From a bacterium (lineage in GTDB: Bacteria; Zhuqueibacterota; Zhuqueibacteria; Oceanimicrobiales; Oceanimicrobiaceae): DNA of 51,660 bases. Positions 39,004 through 48,184 of the stretch are shown in pieces. Both the position numbers and the translations under genes were made by a program. Every line of letters starts with the position of its first letter. Position 1 is the first letter of the stretch. The notes under the pieces were generated by a model. That model did no database searches and was not told the origin of the DNA. It saw only the letters and a program-made list of their open reading frames with translations. The stretch is from contig JBHHXN010000016.1 in assembly GCA_046757025.1 (NCBI GenBank), positions 1 to 51,660 on the forward strand. Direction: 5' to 3'.

Positions 39004-39917
39004 TTATTGACGTCTTTGGTTAAAATTTCAATAAAACTCTCTTCTAAACTTTGTTTGTGTGGAACGATGGATTTGATGTCCACTTTATTATTGCGCAAGC
39101 AATCGATGATGGCATTGAGTTTGGCTTGACTGGAAACCGTTACTTGAATAAAGCCATTTTGTTCTTCACATTGCAGAGCCAGTTCACTGATGTCATTCGT
39201 TAACGATTTCGAGATTTTGGAAGTTTGAAAGCGAAAGGTTTTCGAAGGCGAGGTCAACTCTTCAACGGTGCCCACACGGATGAGCTGCCCTTTATCTAAA
39301 ATAGCCACGTTATCACAAATCATCTCCACTTCGGAAAGCAGGTGAGAATTTAAAAAAATGGTTTTTCCCTGATCTTTCAGATGACACAAAATATCGCGAA
39401 TTTTTTTGCGACCAAAGGGATCCACGCCATCGGTGGGCTCGTCCAAAAACAAAATATCCGGGTCGTTCATCATGGCCTGTGCCAGACTCAGACGCTGTAG
39501 CATGCCTTTGGAATATTTTTTCAATTTCGTATTGGCCCATTCAGACATATTAACCATGTCTAAAAGCCGGGCTTTATTCGCCGCCACTTGCCGACCATCT
39601 AACCCCGATAATTTTGCATAATAGTCCAGAATTTCCCCGCCCTTTAAAAAGTCCGGATAGCGGTGGTTTTCCGGCAGATAACCGATTTTCTCTTTTACCT
39701 TGATATCATTCAAAGGCTTTTCAAGCAGTTTGGCAGTTCCAGAAGTGGGGAACAGCGCCCCGAGTAGAATTTTTATCAGCGTGGTTTTGCCCGCGCCATT
39801 CGGACCCAATAAACCAAAAATGATTCCCCGCTCCACCTGCAGAGTGACTTCATTCAGGGCGGTTATTTTGCCGCGACTAAATTTTTTTGTCAGTTGATAC
39901 GTTTCGAGTGCTAACAT
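39000..39917 (-). CDS. ABC transporter ATP-binding protein (exporter type)
   Basis: GPNGAGKTT, YSKGMLQR, LFLDEPT, NSHLL. Confidence 0.95.
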   Translation of the reverse strand: MLALETYQLTKKFSRGKITALNEVTLQVERGIIFGLLGPNGAGKTTLIKILLGALFPTSGTAKLLEKPLNDIKVKEKIGYLPENHRYPDFLKGGEILDYYAKLSGLDGRQVAANKARLLDMVNMSEWANTKLKKYSKGMLQRLSLAQAMMNDPDILFLDEPTDGVDPFGRKKIRDILCHLKDQGKTIFLNSHLLSEVEMICDNVAILDKGQLIRVGTVEELTSPSKTFRFQTSKISKSLTNDISELALQCEEQNGFIQVTVSSQAKLNAIIDCLRNNKVDIKSIVPHKQSLEESFIEILTKDVNK

Positions 39918-40025
39918 TTTAATATTTTTAAATAAAGTAGTGAAATATTTACGAGGTCAACAATTCGTAAGTTACATTTCAAGCATTATTCATGAAATGC
40001 GAAACCGGGTTCATGACCCTGTTAT

Positions 40026-40068
40026 AAAAAAAAACCGCTAAACAAGATTTTATATTCTTGTAAGCGGG
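40026..40068 (-). terminator. Intrinsic terminator (minus strand)
   Basis: ccgcttacaaga...tcttgtttagcgg followed by T9. Confidence 0.6.
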
Positions 40069-40076
40069 ATTTATTT

Positions 40077-40296
40077 TAGTTAATGTGACATTTGAAAATT
40101 GTGAGGCAGTTTTAATGCTCTCATTTTAGTTATTAAATGAGAAATCAAAAGTCAAAGTCAGTTCCGGTGTAGAAGCAAGTTCCGTGTGAAGCCCGGCCGA
40201 AAGAAATCCCAGATGCGTAATCGAATGTCAGTTCTACCTTATTAAAACTGCCTCGTAATTTTTATTTGGATTCATTATTAACTCACTATTTGAAGG
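40077..40296. ncRNA. Candidate structured ncRNA (strand uncertain)
   Basis: Perfect 14-bp IR 40103-40116 / 40241-40254, extendable outward; internal hairpins; minus-strand TTGTTT-17-TATTAT at 40331-40303 and terminator at 40026-40068 bracket it; no ORF. Confidence 0.42.
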
Positions 40297-40438
40297 ATCA
40301 AAATAATACAAATTTATTTTCTAACAAACAAGAAGAAAACGACGATACCGTAAAAAATTGTGACCTCGAAAGTACGTTGATTTAAAAATTGATCATGAAG
40401 ATTCAAACGCAGGTGATGACTGCAGAAAGCTTACATTT

Positions 40439-40768
40439 TCAGGATCTTTTAATACATACGTCGCACTGGCAAAGCTCTCTTAAATAGTCAAATGAATAGA
40501 TACCCTCACGGTGACCGTCGCTCCAGGAAAACTGCACAGCATATCTGCCGACAACTTCCGCTTCATTTATTGACAGGTCATCGTTGAGGATTTCATTCGA
40601 CGACAGGATGCGCAAAGGATTGGCGTCGGTGGTGGAAACGGCGGTGCGGCAGGAGGCGCAGGGACACTTCTTTCGCAGACGGACGATTTCATACCTACCA
40701 TCGTGACCGTCGTCCCAGACAATTTTGAGCAAATTTTCAGAAGTTTTTTGAATATCTACGGGCCGCAT
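40439..40768 (-). CDS. DUF971 / gamma-butyrobetaine hydroxylase N-terminal-like protein
   Basis: WDDGH...LRKKCPCASC...VGRYAVQFSWSDGH-x-EGIYSFDYL. Confidence 0.9.
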   Translation of the reverse strand: MRPVDIQKTSENLLKIVWDDGHDGRYEIVRLRKKCPCASCRTAVSTTDANPLRILSSNEILNDDLSINEAEVVGRYAVQFSWSDGHREGIYSFDYLRELCQCDVCIKRS

Positions 40769-40804
40769 GGCAGAATCTTATTTCACTATTCCGAAAAAAA
40801 TTTC

Positions 40805-41707
40805 TTAAAATACTTTGATAAATCCTAAATTTAAATATTTTTGTGGACGTTTTTTCAAATCCTGAACCAAGGTATCCAATTCCGAAGTTAAGTGTCGAAT
40901 ATCGTTGTACAGTTCATCCCGATAAATCACTTTGCCCACCGTACCCTCTTGATTTTCTATTTTAGCCAGCATCGATTGCATGCTGCTTAGCGAGCTGTCC
41001 AGCATATTTGTCAAATCTTCTAATTTGGTGGAAGCCTGATGGAAATTATCAATGGAGGATTCTACTTTAAACCGCCGCTCACTTAATATTTCATTTAATT
41101 GAGTCGAAATTTCATCTAAATTCACCAAGGACCTTTCTAAGTGTGAGGAATTCCGGTCGAGCTCGGATGAGAGATTTCTCAGGTGAAAAAGACTTTCTTT
41201 CAAATCCCGTTGGGTGGCTTCGTCAAAAACGGTTTGAATGATGTTTCTCAATTGGTCTAAAAATTGTTCTGCTTGCTTTAACAACGTTTCCACGGAAATA
41301 CCGATATCGGAAAAGTCGCTTGTATTGTGACCTTTAAAAAAATCACCGGGCTGTAGCATTTCAGCCGCTTGGCCGGGCACAATGTCCACAAACTTCTCGC
41401 CCACCATGCCGAGACTTTTAATCCTGGCTTTTGAATCGACCGGCAACTGGATATCCGGATTCACTTCGATATCAACCAGCACGTTCAAGCCGTTCAGTCG
41501 AAAATTTTGAACTCTTCCGATTCGCAGCCCGGAAACACTGACAAAATCACTGGGCTCCAGGCCGGTCACGTCCTTAAATTCAACCGTCAACAAATAGCGA
41601 TCGGTTCGGAAGGTAACATTTTTTAGATAGATATAGCCAGCTATAAAAATGATAATGGCAATGAATATTGCCACCCCAGTTGCGATTTCTGAACCAATTT
41701 TTCTCAT
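40805..41707 (-). CDS. mlaD: MCE/MlaD-family protein
   Basis: N-terminal TM; FKDVTGLEPSDFVSVSGLRIGRV MCE motif; GMVGEKFVDI; helical tail ending KKRPQKY. Confidence 0.88.
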   Translation of the reverse strand: MRKIGSEIATGVAIFIAIIIFIAGYIYLKNVTFRTDRYLLTVEFKDVTGLEPSDFVSVSGLRIGRVQNFRLNGLNVLVDIEVNPDIQLPVDSKARIKSLGMVGEKFVDIVPGQAAEMLQPGDFFKGHNTSDFSDIGISVETLLKQAEQFLDQLRNIIQTVFDEATQRDLKESLFHLRNLSSELDRNSSHLERSLVNLDEISTQLNEILSERRFKVESSIDNFHQASTKLEDLTNMLDSSLSSMQSMLAKIENQEGTVGKVIYRDELYNDIRHLTSELDTLVQDLKKRPQKYLNLGFIKVF

Positions 41708-41725
41708 TATGCCATACTCCTATAT

Positions 41726-42478
41726 TTAAGCCGGAATACTTTCCACTTCATCGATCCCCAACACAAAATTTCGCAGCACATCGTCGCTGGAATTGGCCAG
41801 CTCTTCGACGGTTCCCTCAAAATGGATTTGCCCTCTATATAAGAATGCCACACAATCCGCAATGCGTACGACGCTGTTCATGTCATGCGTGACCACAATG
41901 GAAGTCACGTCCAATTTGTTTTGCAGGCTCACGATCAAATCGTTTATTGAATTAGCCCTAATGGGATCCAATCCCGTCGTTGGTTCATCGTAAAGCAGAA
42001 TTTCGGGTTCCATGGCGATGGCTCTGGCGATGGCGACTCTTTTCTTCATACCCCCGCTCAACTCTGCGGGTGACAGTTCTTCGATGCCTTCTAATCCAAC
42101 CTGCTCCAGACAAAAACTCACTCGCTTCTGAATTTCTTTTCGTTTAAGATTGGTGTGATTGTACAGTCCTATACCAACATTTTCGGCCACGCTCATGGAA
42201 TCAAACAGCGCCGCGCCTTGAAAAACCATGGCCATCGTTTTTCGAATGTCTTTCAATTGCTCATAAGTTAAATCCGTCACACAGGTGCCATTTAAATACA
42301 CGCAGCCCGAATCCGGTTTTATCAAGCCCATGATGTGTTTTAGCAAGACACTTTTTCCGGAACCACTGCTGCCGATAATCGCAGTTGTGTGCCCTTTACC
42401 AATTTTTAAATTCACCCCCCGTAAAACTTCATTTTCTTCAAAACTTTTGTATAAATCATAAATTTCTATCATTTTCAT
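41726..42478 (-). CDS. mlaF: MlaF-like ABC ATPase
   Basis: GSSGSGKS, FQGAALFDS, LSGGMKKRV, LYDEPTTGLDP. Confidence 0.9.
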   Translation of the reverse strand: MKMIEIYDLYKSFEENEVLRGVNLKIGKGHTTAIIGSSGSGKSVLLKHIMGLIKPDSGCVYLNGTCVTDLTYEQLKDIRKTMAMVFQGAALFDSMSVAENVGIGLYNHTNLKRKEIQKRVSFCLEQVGLEGIEELSPAELSGGMKKRVAIARAIAMEPEILLYDEPTTGLDPIRANSINDLIVSLQNKLDVTSIVVTHDMNSVVRIADCVAFLYRGQIHFEGTVEELANSSDDVLRNFVLGIDEVESIPA

Positions 42479-42513
42479 TTCGTTCTATTTTTCTATATTC
42501 AAATCTTACACAA

Positions 42514-43293
42514 TTAAAATTTAAACAAAATAAGCGCTGCCAGCATAAAATCTAAAAACAAAATTAACAAACAAGAAATGACTGCCGCTTTGGTCGCTGA
42601 AGAACCCACCCCTTCTGCGCCGCCTTTTGAATTAAAACCTTGATAGCATGCGACTAAGGTTATGGCCGCGCCAAACAAGATAGATTTACCCATGGGCAAA
42701 ATCACATCCTTGTTGTCAAAGTACATTCTGGCGCCTTTAAAAAATTCAAATGTGGAAATATCCATCAAAAATATGGAGGTTTGCCAGCCAGTCAGAATGC
42801 CAATAAAAGCCGCAAAAATCGTCAGAACGGGAAACATCACCGTACCGGCAATGACGCGGGGAACGATCAAGTATGACACGGGATTAAAAGCCAAAGTTTC
42901 CAGCGCATCGATTTGCTCGGTAACGCGCATTGTGCCAATTTCAGCGGCAATGGATGCGCCCACGCGTCCCGCAAGCACCAGTGCTGTCAACACGGCTGCC
43001 AATTCCCGCAGTACGCCCTTCTCCACTACCATCCCGATCAAATACGGCGGCACAAATTCATCGAAATTTTCAGAACTCTGAATGGCCGTAACCATGCCCG
43101 CAAAGGCAGCGATGTAAATTACCACCGGAATCGATTGAATCCCGATGCGCATCATTTGTGCCGCAATCAAAGTCGAATAGGTTTTGAAATCTGCTAGCGC
43201 TTTAATTGTCTGCCACAACAGATCCACAAAGCATCCGATATGGTAAAAAAAACGCAAAACTTTTTTAGTTAAAAAACCAAAAACGATGGTCAT
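42514..43293 (-). CDS. mlaE: MlaE-like permease
   Basis: RELAAVLTALVLAGRVGASIAAEIGTMRVTEQIDAL; GGAEGVG. Confidence 0.92.
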   Translation of the reverse strand: MTIVFGFLTKKVLRFFYHIGCFVDLLWQTIKALADFKTYSTLIAAQMMRIGIQSIPVVIYIAAFAGMVTAIQSSENFDEFVPPYLIGMVVEKGVLRELAAVLTALVLAGRVGASIAAEIGTMRVTEQIDALETLAFNPVSYLIVPRVIAGTVMFPVLTIFAAFIGILTGWQTSIFLMDISTFEFFKGARMYFDNKDVILPMGKSILFGAAITLVACYQGFNSKGGAEGVGSSATKAAVISCLLILFLDFMLAALILFKF

Positions 43294-43543
43294 TTAGGTA
43301 TCGAATTCCTTTTAACTTTGCATTTTTCAAAAACACTCAAAATAAAAAAATTCAACGCTAAATACAAATCTTTTAATAATTATAGTGATGAATTAGTTCC
43401 CTCAAAAATGATCGTTCCCTATTATTATAAGTATAACAAAAATTGCACAAAGTTTAATCTCATTAGTTCATTTTTTTTAAAATCAACTCGGGAACAATGA
43501 TTCCACGCTGTTATTTTGCAACTTTTTTTGTTTGTGCAGATTT

Positions 43544-43879
43544 CTATTTTGTTTTATATCTATCGGCATCTTCAAAGAAATCCAACACCTTACACGGATG
43601 TTCAAATTTAGCTGAATGCACCACGCCGGCCGGAATATAATACGAATCCCCTTTTTGCATGACTTTGGTTTCGCCGGCGATGGTCAATTTCATTTCACCA
43701 TCCAGAACCACCCCCCACTGGTTGCCATGCGCATGGGCAGGGACTTCGATGCCGGGCTTAAAATCAAAAAAACAAATTTGTCCGTGTGTGCCTTGAAAAA
43801 GATAGCCGATCACATTCTCAATGGGCAGGTCGGCTTCAGGCAGATTGCGGATAAATTCAGGATAAAATTTTTCAGTCAC
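43544..43879 (-). CDS. Cupin-domain protein
   Basis: PAHAHGNQWG...YYIPAGVVH cupin motifs; GGAGGAGG RBS before GTG at 43879. Confidence 0.85.
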   Translation of the reverse strand: MTEKFYPEFIRNLPEADLPIENVIGYLFQGTHGQICFFDFKPGIEVPAHAHGNQWGVVLDGEMKLTIAGETKVMQKGDSYYIPAGVVHSAKFEHPCKVLDFFEDADRYKTK

Positions 43880-43978
43880 GAGTTTTCCTCCTCCAAAATT
43901 GGGTTGCGATCCTAAACAAAGGACTTTTACGAAAATTGCACACAAAAGATACCACAAAGATGAAGTTTGTAATTCAAT

Positions 43979-44365
43979 TTATCCCCCCAGATAAGCCACC
44001 GCATCGATTTCCACAACCACGTCTTTTGGAAGCGCCGAAACTTCTACGGTAGCTCTGGCGGGTTTATTCTCTTGAAAGTAATTGCCATAGATTTCATTCA
44101 CCGCACTGAAGTCACTCATATTCTTCAAGTAAATCGTACACTTTACGATTGCGTTTAAACTGCTGCCTGCTGCTTCCAGAATCCCCTGGATGTTTTCCAT
44201 AACCCTTTTTGTCTGGTCTTGAACGTCACCAGCAATGAGTTCACCGGTGGCCGGATCCAGTGCAATTTGACCCGACACAAACAACCATGCACCGGCCTGC
44301 ACCGCTTGCGAATACGGCCCGATGGCCTGTGGAGCTTTATCCGTAGAAATAATTTTTTTCGCCAT
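43979..44365 (-). CDS. ridA: RidA/YjgF enamine-imine deaminase
   Basis: APQAIGPYSQA, VSGQI, PARATVEV, LPKDVVVEIDAVA. Confidence 0.92.
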   Translation of the reverse strand: MAKKIISTDKAPQAIGPYSQAVQAGAWLFVSGQIALDPATGELIAGDVQDQTKRVMENIQGILEAAGSSLNAIVKCTIYLKNMSDFSAVNEIYGNYFQENKPARATVEVSALPKDVVVEIDAVAYLGG

Positions 44366-44495
44366 GGTGTATTTCCTTTCCCTCGTTTGAATTGACATTT
44401 TCTTTTATTAGAATGGAATATATGTGCCGTCGAAACTTAATTATTTCTTTTGCTTTTTGCAATTTATATTTTTTTTGAATTTTTCAATTTAAAAC

Positions 44496-44524
44496 TTGAC
44501 TTTTGAAATTTTATTCAGTATAGT
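44496..44524 (+). promoter_or_regulatory. Sigma70-type promoter of lexA
   Basis: TTGACT-17 nt-TATAGT. Confidence 0.7.
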
Positions 44525-44579
44525 AATGGTGTACATTATATCACATATTATATTCGTTCACCATTTTTGTTTTTTTAAA

Positions 44580-44738
44580 TAGTGTCTGAACGGAAACTCG
44601 AGAAATGCGCGATTTAAGAGCCTCTTCGCGAAGGCGTCCCTTCAACAAAGCTCCGGAGAGGCCCCGCCGAGCCAGGCAGGAATTCACCCTCGGCCAGGAG
44701 GCCTTCGGGAAGATCGGATCGTTTTCGTTCAGGCACTA
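44580..44738. mobile_element. MITE in the lexA leader, TAGTG..CGAAAAC terminal-repeat family
   Basis: 18-bp TIR tagtgtctgaacggaaac / gttttcgttcaggcacta (2 mismatches); GC-rich internal IRs; second partial copy at 25224. Confidence 0.72.
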
Positions 44739-44773
44739 AATAAGTACTTTTCAAAAACAGAAAGGACCGGGTT

Positions 44774-45397
44774 ATGAAACCGTTAACAGACAAGCAAAAG
44801 AACGTTCTCAGGCTGGTGGCGGAAAAAATCAAGGAAGTGGGGTACCCGCCAACGCTACAGGAGCTGGCCGATGAGCTGGGGGTGGCTTCAAAAAACGCTG
44901 TTCTCAAGCACCTGACTGCTTTAGAAAAAAAAGGCTACATTGGCAAACGCCAGGGCGGCGCAGCCCGGGGCATTCGCATTCTGGAGTCCATGGGCTTTCT
45001 CGACCGCCCCGGTGAAAACAGCGTGCCGCTGGTGGGCTCGGTCGCCGCCGGCTCCCCGCTTCTGGCCGAAGAAAACGTCGAAAGCTACCTCACCGTGCCC
45101 AAACATCTCCTGTCGTCTAAAGGCGACTATTTCGCCCTGCGGGTGCAGGGGGACAGCATGATCGAAGCCGGCATTCACGAAGACGATCTGGTGGTCGTCC
45201 ATGCCACCAATCAAGCTAAAAACGGCGATATCGTGGTGGCCCTCATCGGCAACGAAACCACGGTGAAACGGTTTGTGGTGGACGGCCGCGAGAAGTATCT
45301 CAAGCCGGAAAATGCCCGCTACTCTGACATTCGTCCGCAGCAGGAGTGGTCGGTTCAGGGCAAGGTGGTGGCGCTGATTCGAGAATCAGTGAATTGA
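44774..45397 (+). CDS. lexA: SOS repressor LexA
   Basis: GYPPTLQELA wHTH; VAAG cleavage site; GDSM catalytic Ser; TVKR catalytic Lys. Confidence 0.96.
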   Translation: MKPLTDKQKNVLRLVAEKIKEVGYPPTLQELADELGVASKNAVLKHLTALEKKGYIGKRQGGAARGIRILESMGFLDRPGENSVPLVGSVAAGSPLLAEENVESYLTVPKHLLSSKGDYFALRVQGDSMIEAGIHEDDLVVVHATNQAKNGDIVVALIGNETTVKRFVVDGREKYLKPENARYSDIRPQQEWSVQGKVVALIRESVN

Positions 45398-45475
45398 GAG
45401 GCAGAGGTATAGGGTATTAAGGTATGGGGGTGTTAAGCTTTCTTATTTCCCTATACCTTATACCTTAATTTCCTC
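45398..45475. repeat. Degenerate AGGGTAT-like repeats in inverted arms
   Basis: gaggtat-agggtat-taaggtat versus ccct-atacctt-atacctt; same unit as 784-896. Confidence 0.55.
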
Positions 45476-45490
45476 GAGTGACCCTTCCTC

Positions 45491-45542
45491 ATAAAAGCGG
45501 GGGTGGAGTGACTTGCGTGTTTACTCCGCTCCCTGCTTTATT
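45491..45542. terminator. Hairpin/terminator after lexA
   Basis: ataaaagcgggggtggagt...actccgctccctgctttatt. Confidence 0.55.
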
Positions 45543-45566
45543 AAACATCAAACGAACATTGCAGCC

Positions 45567-45821
45567 ATGTCATACGAAGAGATTTTCGAGCCCATCGAGG
45601 TCATCACCTTTTTTGAACGCGGCAAGCTTCATCCCTTGCGATTTAAGTGGAAAGGGGAAGTGTACAAAATTACCCGTGTCAACAGCCACTGGTCGGTGCA
45701 GGAGGGATTGAGCCGGCAGTACCACTTTTCGGTCACCGCCAACAGCCCGGATTGCTTCGAGCTCATCTTTGACACCGCCGATTTTAGCTGGGAGCTGGCG
45801 CGGGTTTATCTTGAAGGGTAA
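45567..45821 (+). CDS. Small beta-rich protein, DUF6504-like
   Basis: PIEV...PLRFKWKGEVYKI...W...HFSV...FELIFD...WEL pattern; 84 aa. Confidence 0.6.
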   Translation: MSYEEIFEPIEVITFFERGKLHPLRFKWKGEVYKITRVNSHWSVQEGLSRQYHFSVTANSPDCFELIFDTADFSWELARVYLEG

Positions 45822-45909
45822 ACTTAAAACAGAACGTAAACACTGAAGAACTCCGAAACACACTGAAAAAATCCGGGATGGTTAAAATAGTATTTGAAAG
45901 AGTCCCTTT

Positions 45910-46494
45910 ATGAGCACAATAATCCACGAACTTGAAAAAATGGTCGAAGCGGCCTGTGCCAGCGAAAAGAACATTTTCGGTTACGGCATCTGGACACACC
46001 ACATCAAACAGGTGGTGAAAGTCGGGCGGAGAATGGCTTCGGAGTTTGAAGCGGACGCCGAAATCGTCGAGATTGCGGCGCTGCTGCACGACTATGCCGG
46101 CATCAAAGATGAGTCACAGGAAGCCGAGCACCACCTTCACGGCCCGCGCGCGGCCGAACGCATCCTGCGGGAGCTCGGTTACCCTGAGTCAAAGATCGCC
46201 GCGGTCAAGCACTGCATCGCCGCGCACCGCGCCAGCGTGCCGCGGGAGAGACGAACCCCGGAGGCCGAATGTCTGGCCAACGCCGACGCCATGGTGCACA
46301 TCGAGCAGGTGCCGTCGCTTCTGCACCTGGCTTTCGTGCAGCTCGGCATGGGCATCGACGAAGGCACCGCCTGGGTGAGAAAAAAACTCAAACGCACCTG
46401 GAACAAACTCAGCCCGCAGATACAGGAGCGGATGCGAGTGAAGTATGAAGCTGCGTTGGAGACGTTGACGGCGGTGGAGGAAGAGGTAAACTAA
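45910..46494 (+). CDS. HD-domain phosphohydrolase
   Basis: H...AALLHDYA...HH...HR...LANADA metal-binding pattern. Confidence 0.88.
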   Translation: MSTIIHELEKMVEAACASEKNIFGYGIWTHHIKQVVKVGRRMASEFEADAEIVEIAALLHDYAGIKDESQEAEHHLHGPRAAERILRELGYPESKIAAVKHCIAAHRASVPRERRTPEAECLANADAMVHIEQVPSLLHLAFVQLGMGIDEGTAWVRKKLKRTWNKLSPQIQERMRVKYEAALETLTAVEEEVN

Positions 46495-46579
46495 ATTTGT
46501 TTTAATTGCTTGATATTTACACTATTTTTTTTAATATTCGCAATCAGATATTTCACATTAAACCAACCTTTTAATTCAC

Positions 46580-48184
46580 ATGAAAACTCTATTTGACTTT
46601 GAGGAAAATGAATTACTCACCATAAAAGCGGCAAGCAATTGGGCGAGTGAATATCTTAAGAAAAATGTGACCGAGTCAAACATCTCTTATCTTATTCAAT
46701 ATGGCAAAGTTAGGAAAATTCAAAATAACGGCGTCACATTGATAAAAAAAGAAGAATTAAAAAAATATTATGATTCTTTCCATGGAAGAAGAGAAATTGA
46801 TTGGAAAAATCAATTAGGCCAAGACCTGAATTGGTATCTATCCTTTGACTATTTACGGGAGGCCGATACAACTAAGCACGTTCACAGACTTCATCCCTAC
46901 AAGGGCAAGTTTATACCTCAGTTAGTAGAATATTTTATTGACAATCATACGGATGAATTTAAAAAGGAGGTTTACTTCAAACCGGGAGATATCATTCTTG
47001 ATCCATTTTGCGGTAGTGGCACCACGTTGGTTCAGGCAAATGAGTTAGGCATTCACGCCGTTGGGATTGATGTCTCAGAATTTAATACCGTTATTTCTAA
47101 TGCCAAAATAAAGAGATATGATTTTTTTGATTTAGATGAGAGGATTAAAAAGATTTCTTCTGCTTTAAAACAATTCGTCCGTGATTCGCATGCGATCGAA
47201 TTTGAAGAAAAATTATTGCAAAAGCTTTATGTTTTTAACTCAAAACATTTTCCAAGCCCGGAAATCAAATTCAAGTTTAAAAAAAATGAAATTGATGAAA
47301 AGGGGTATGGAAAAGAGAAAGAAAGAGAATTTTTACCAATATATGAGGGTTTGATAAAAAAATTTACTGTAAATTTAAACCAGCAGGAAAACGGGTCATT
47401 TCTGGATAAATGGTATTTCCCGTCGGTAAGAGAAGAAATTGATTTTGTTTTCAAACAAATCCAGCAAATCGAAAACACCAGAACAAAAACAATATTGGCT
47501 ATCATTCTAAGCCGAACGATTCGTTCATGCAGAGCGACAACTCATTCGGATTTGGCAACGTTAAAAGAACCCGTGCTTACCACTTACTACTGCACGAAAC
47601 ACAAGAAAATTTGCAAACCGCTTTTCACAATCACAAGATGGTGGGAAACATATTGTAGAGATACAATGAAAAGACTTACCACATTCGACAAACTGCGCAC
47701 CGCCACTTATCAACGCTGTCTGACCGGAGATTCCAGGACAATGGATATATTTTTAGAATTAGCGCAGAAAGAACCTAAATTTGCAAAACTTGTGAAAAGG
47801 GAAAAAATTAAGGGGATTTTTTCAAGTCCTCCTTACGTAGGCCTAATTGACTATCATGAACAACATGCTTATGCGTATGATTTGTTCGGATTCGATAGAA
47901 AAGACGAGTTAGAAATTGGCCCCTTGTCTAACGGTCAAGGACGAGAGGCTAGAAAATTTTATGCTCAAGGTATTTCAGAAGTGCTGAACAATTGCAAAAA
48001 GTACTTGGTCGATGACTATGATATTTTTCTTGTTGCCAACGACAAATTCAATCTTTATCCAGTCATTTCCGAAAAAGCTGGGATGAAGATTGTCAACCGA
48101 TTTAAAAGACCGGTTTTAAATAGGACAGAAAGAGACAAAGGGGCTTATTCGGAGATTATTTTTCATTTGAAGGGCAAAAGTTAA
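46580..48184 (+). CDS. Amino-DNA methyltransferase (alpha order, probably m4C; MjaII-like) with N-terminal HTH
   Basis: HRLHPYKGKF; motif I DPFCGSGTT precedes motif IV SSPPY; N-terminal excisionase-like HTH. Confidence 0.88.
   Translation: MKTLFDFEENELLTIKAASNWASEYLKKNVTESNISYLIQYGKVRKIQNNGVTLIKKEELKKYYDSFHGRREIDWKNQLGQDLNWYLSFDYLREADTTKHVHRLHPYKGKFIPQLVEYFIDNHTDEFKKEVYFKPGDIILDPFCGSGTTLVQANELGIHAVGIDVSEFNTVISNAKIKRYDFFDLDERIKKISSALKQFVRDSHAIEFEEKLLQKLYVFNSKHFPSPEIKFKFKKNEIDEKGYGKEKEREFLPIYEGLIKKFTVNLNQQENGSFLDKWYFPSVREEIDFVFKQIQQIENTRTKTILAIILSRTIRSCRATTHSDLATLKEPVLTTYYCTKHKKICKPLFTITRWWETYCRDTMKRLTTFDKLRTATYQRCLTGDSRTMDIFLELAQKEPKFAKLVKREKIKGIFSSPPYVGLIDYHEQHAYAYDLFGFDRKDELEIGPLSNGQGREARKFYAQGISEVLNNCKKYLVDDYDIFLVANDKFNLYPVISEKAGMKIVNRFKRPVLNRTERDKGAYSEIIFHLKGKS

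Noticed and set aside
40138..40220. Short peptide ORFs containing CEARP at both 15-mer loci
   Set aside because: The 40.1-kb frame has an internal TAG and neither has a good start; identity at all third codon positions points to nucleotide-level conservation
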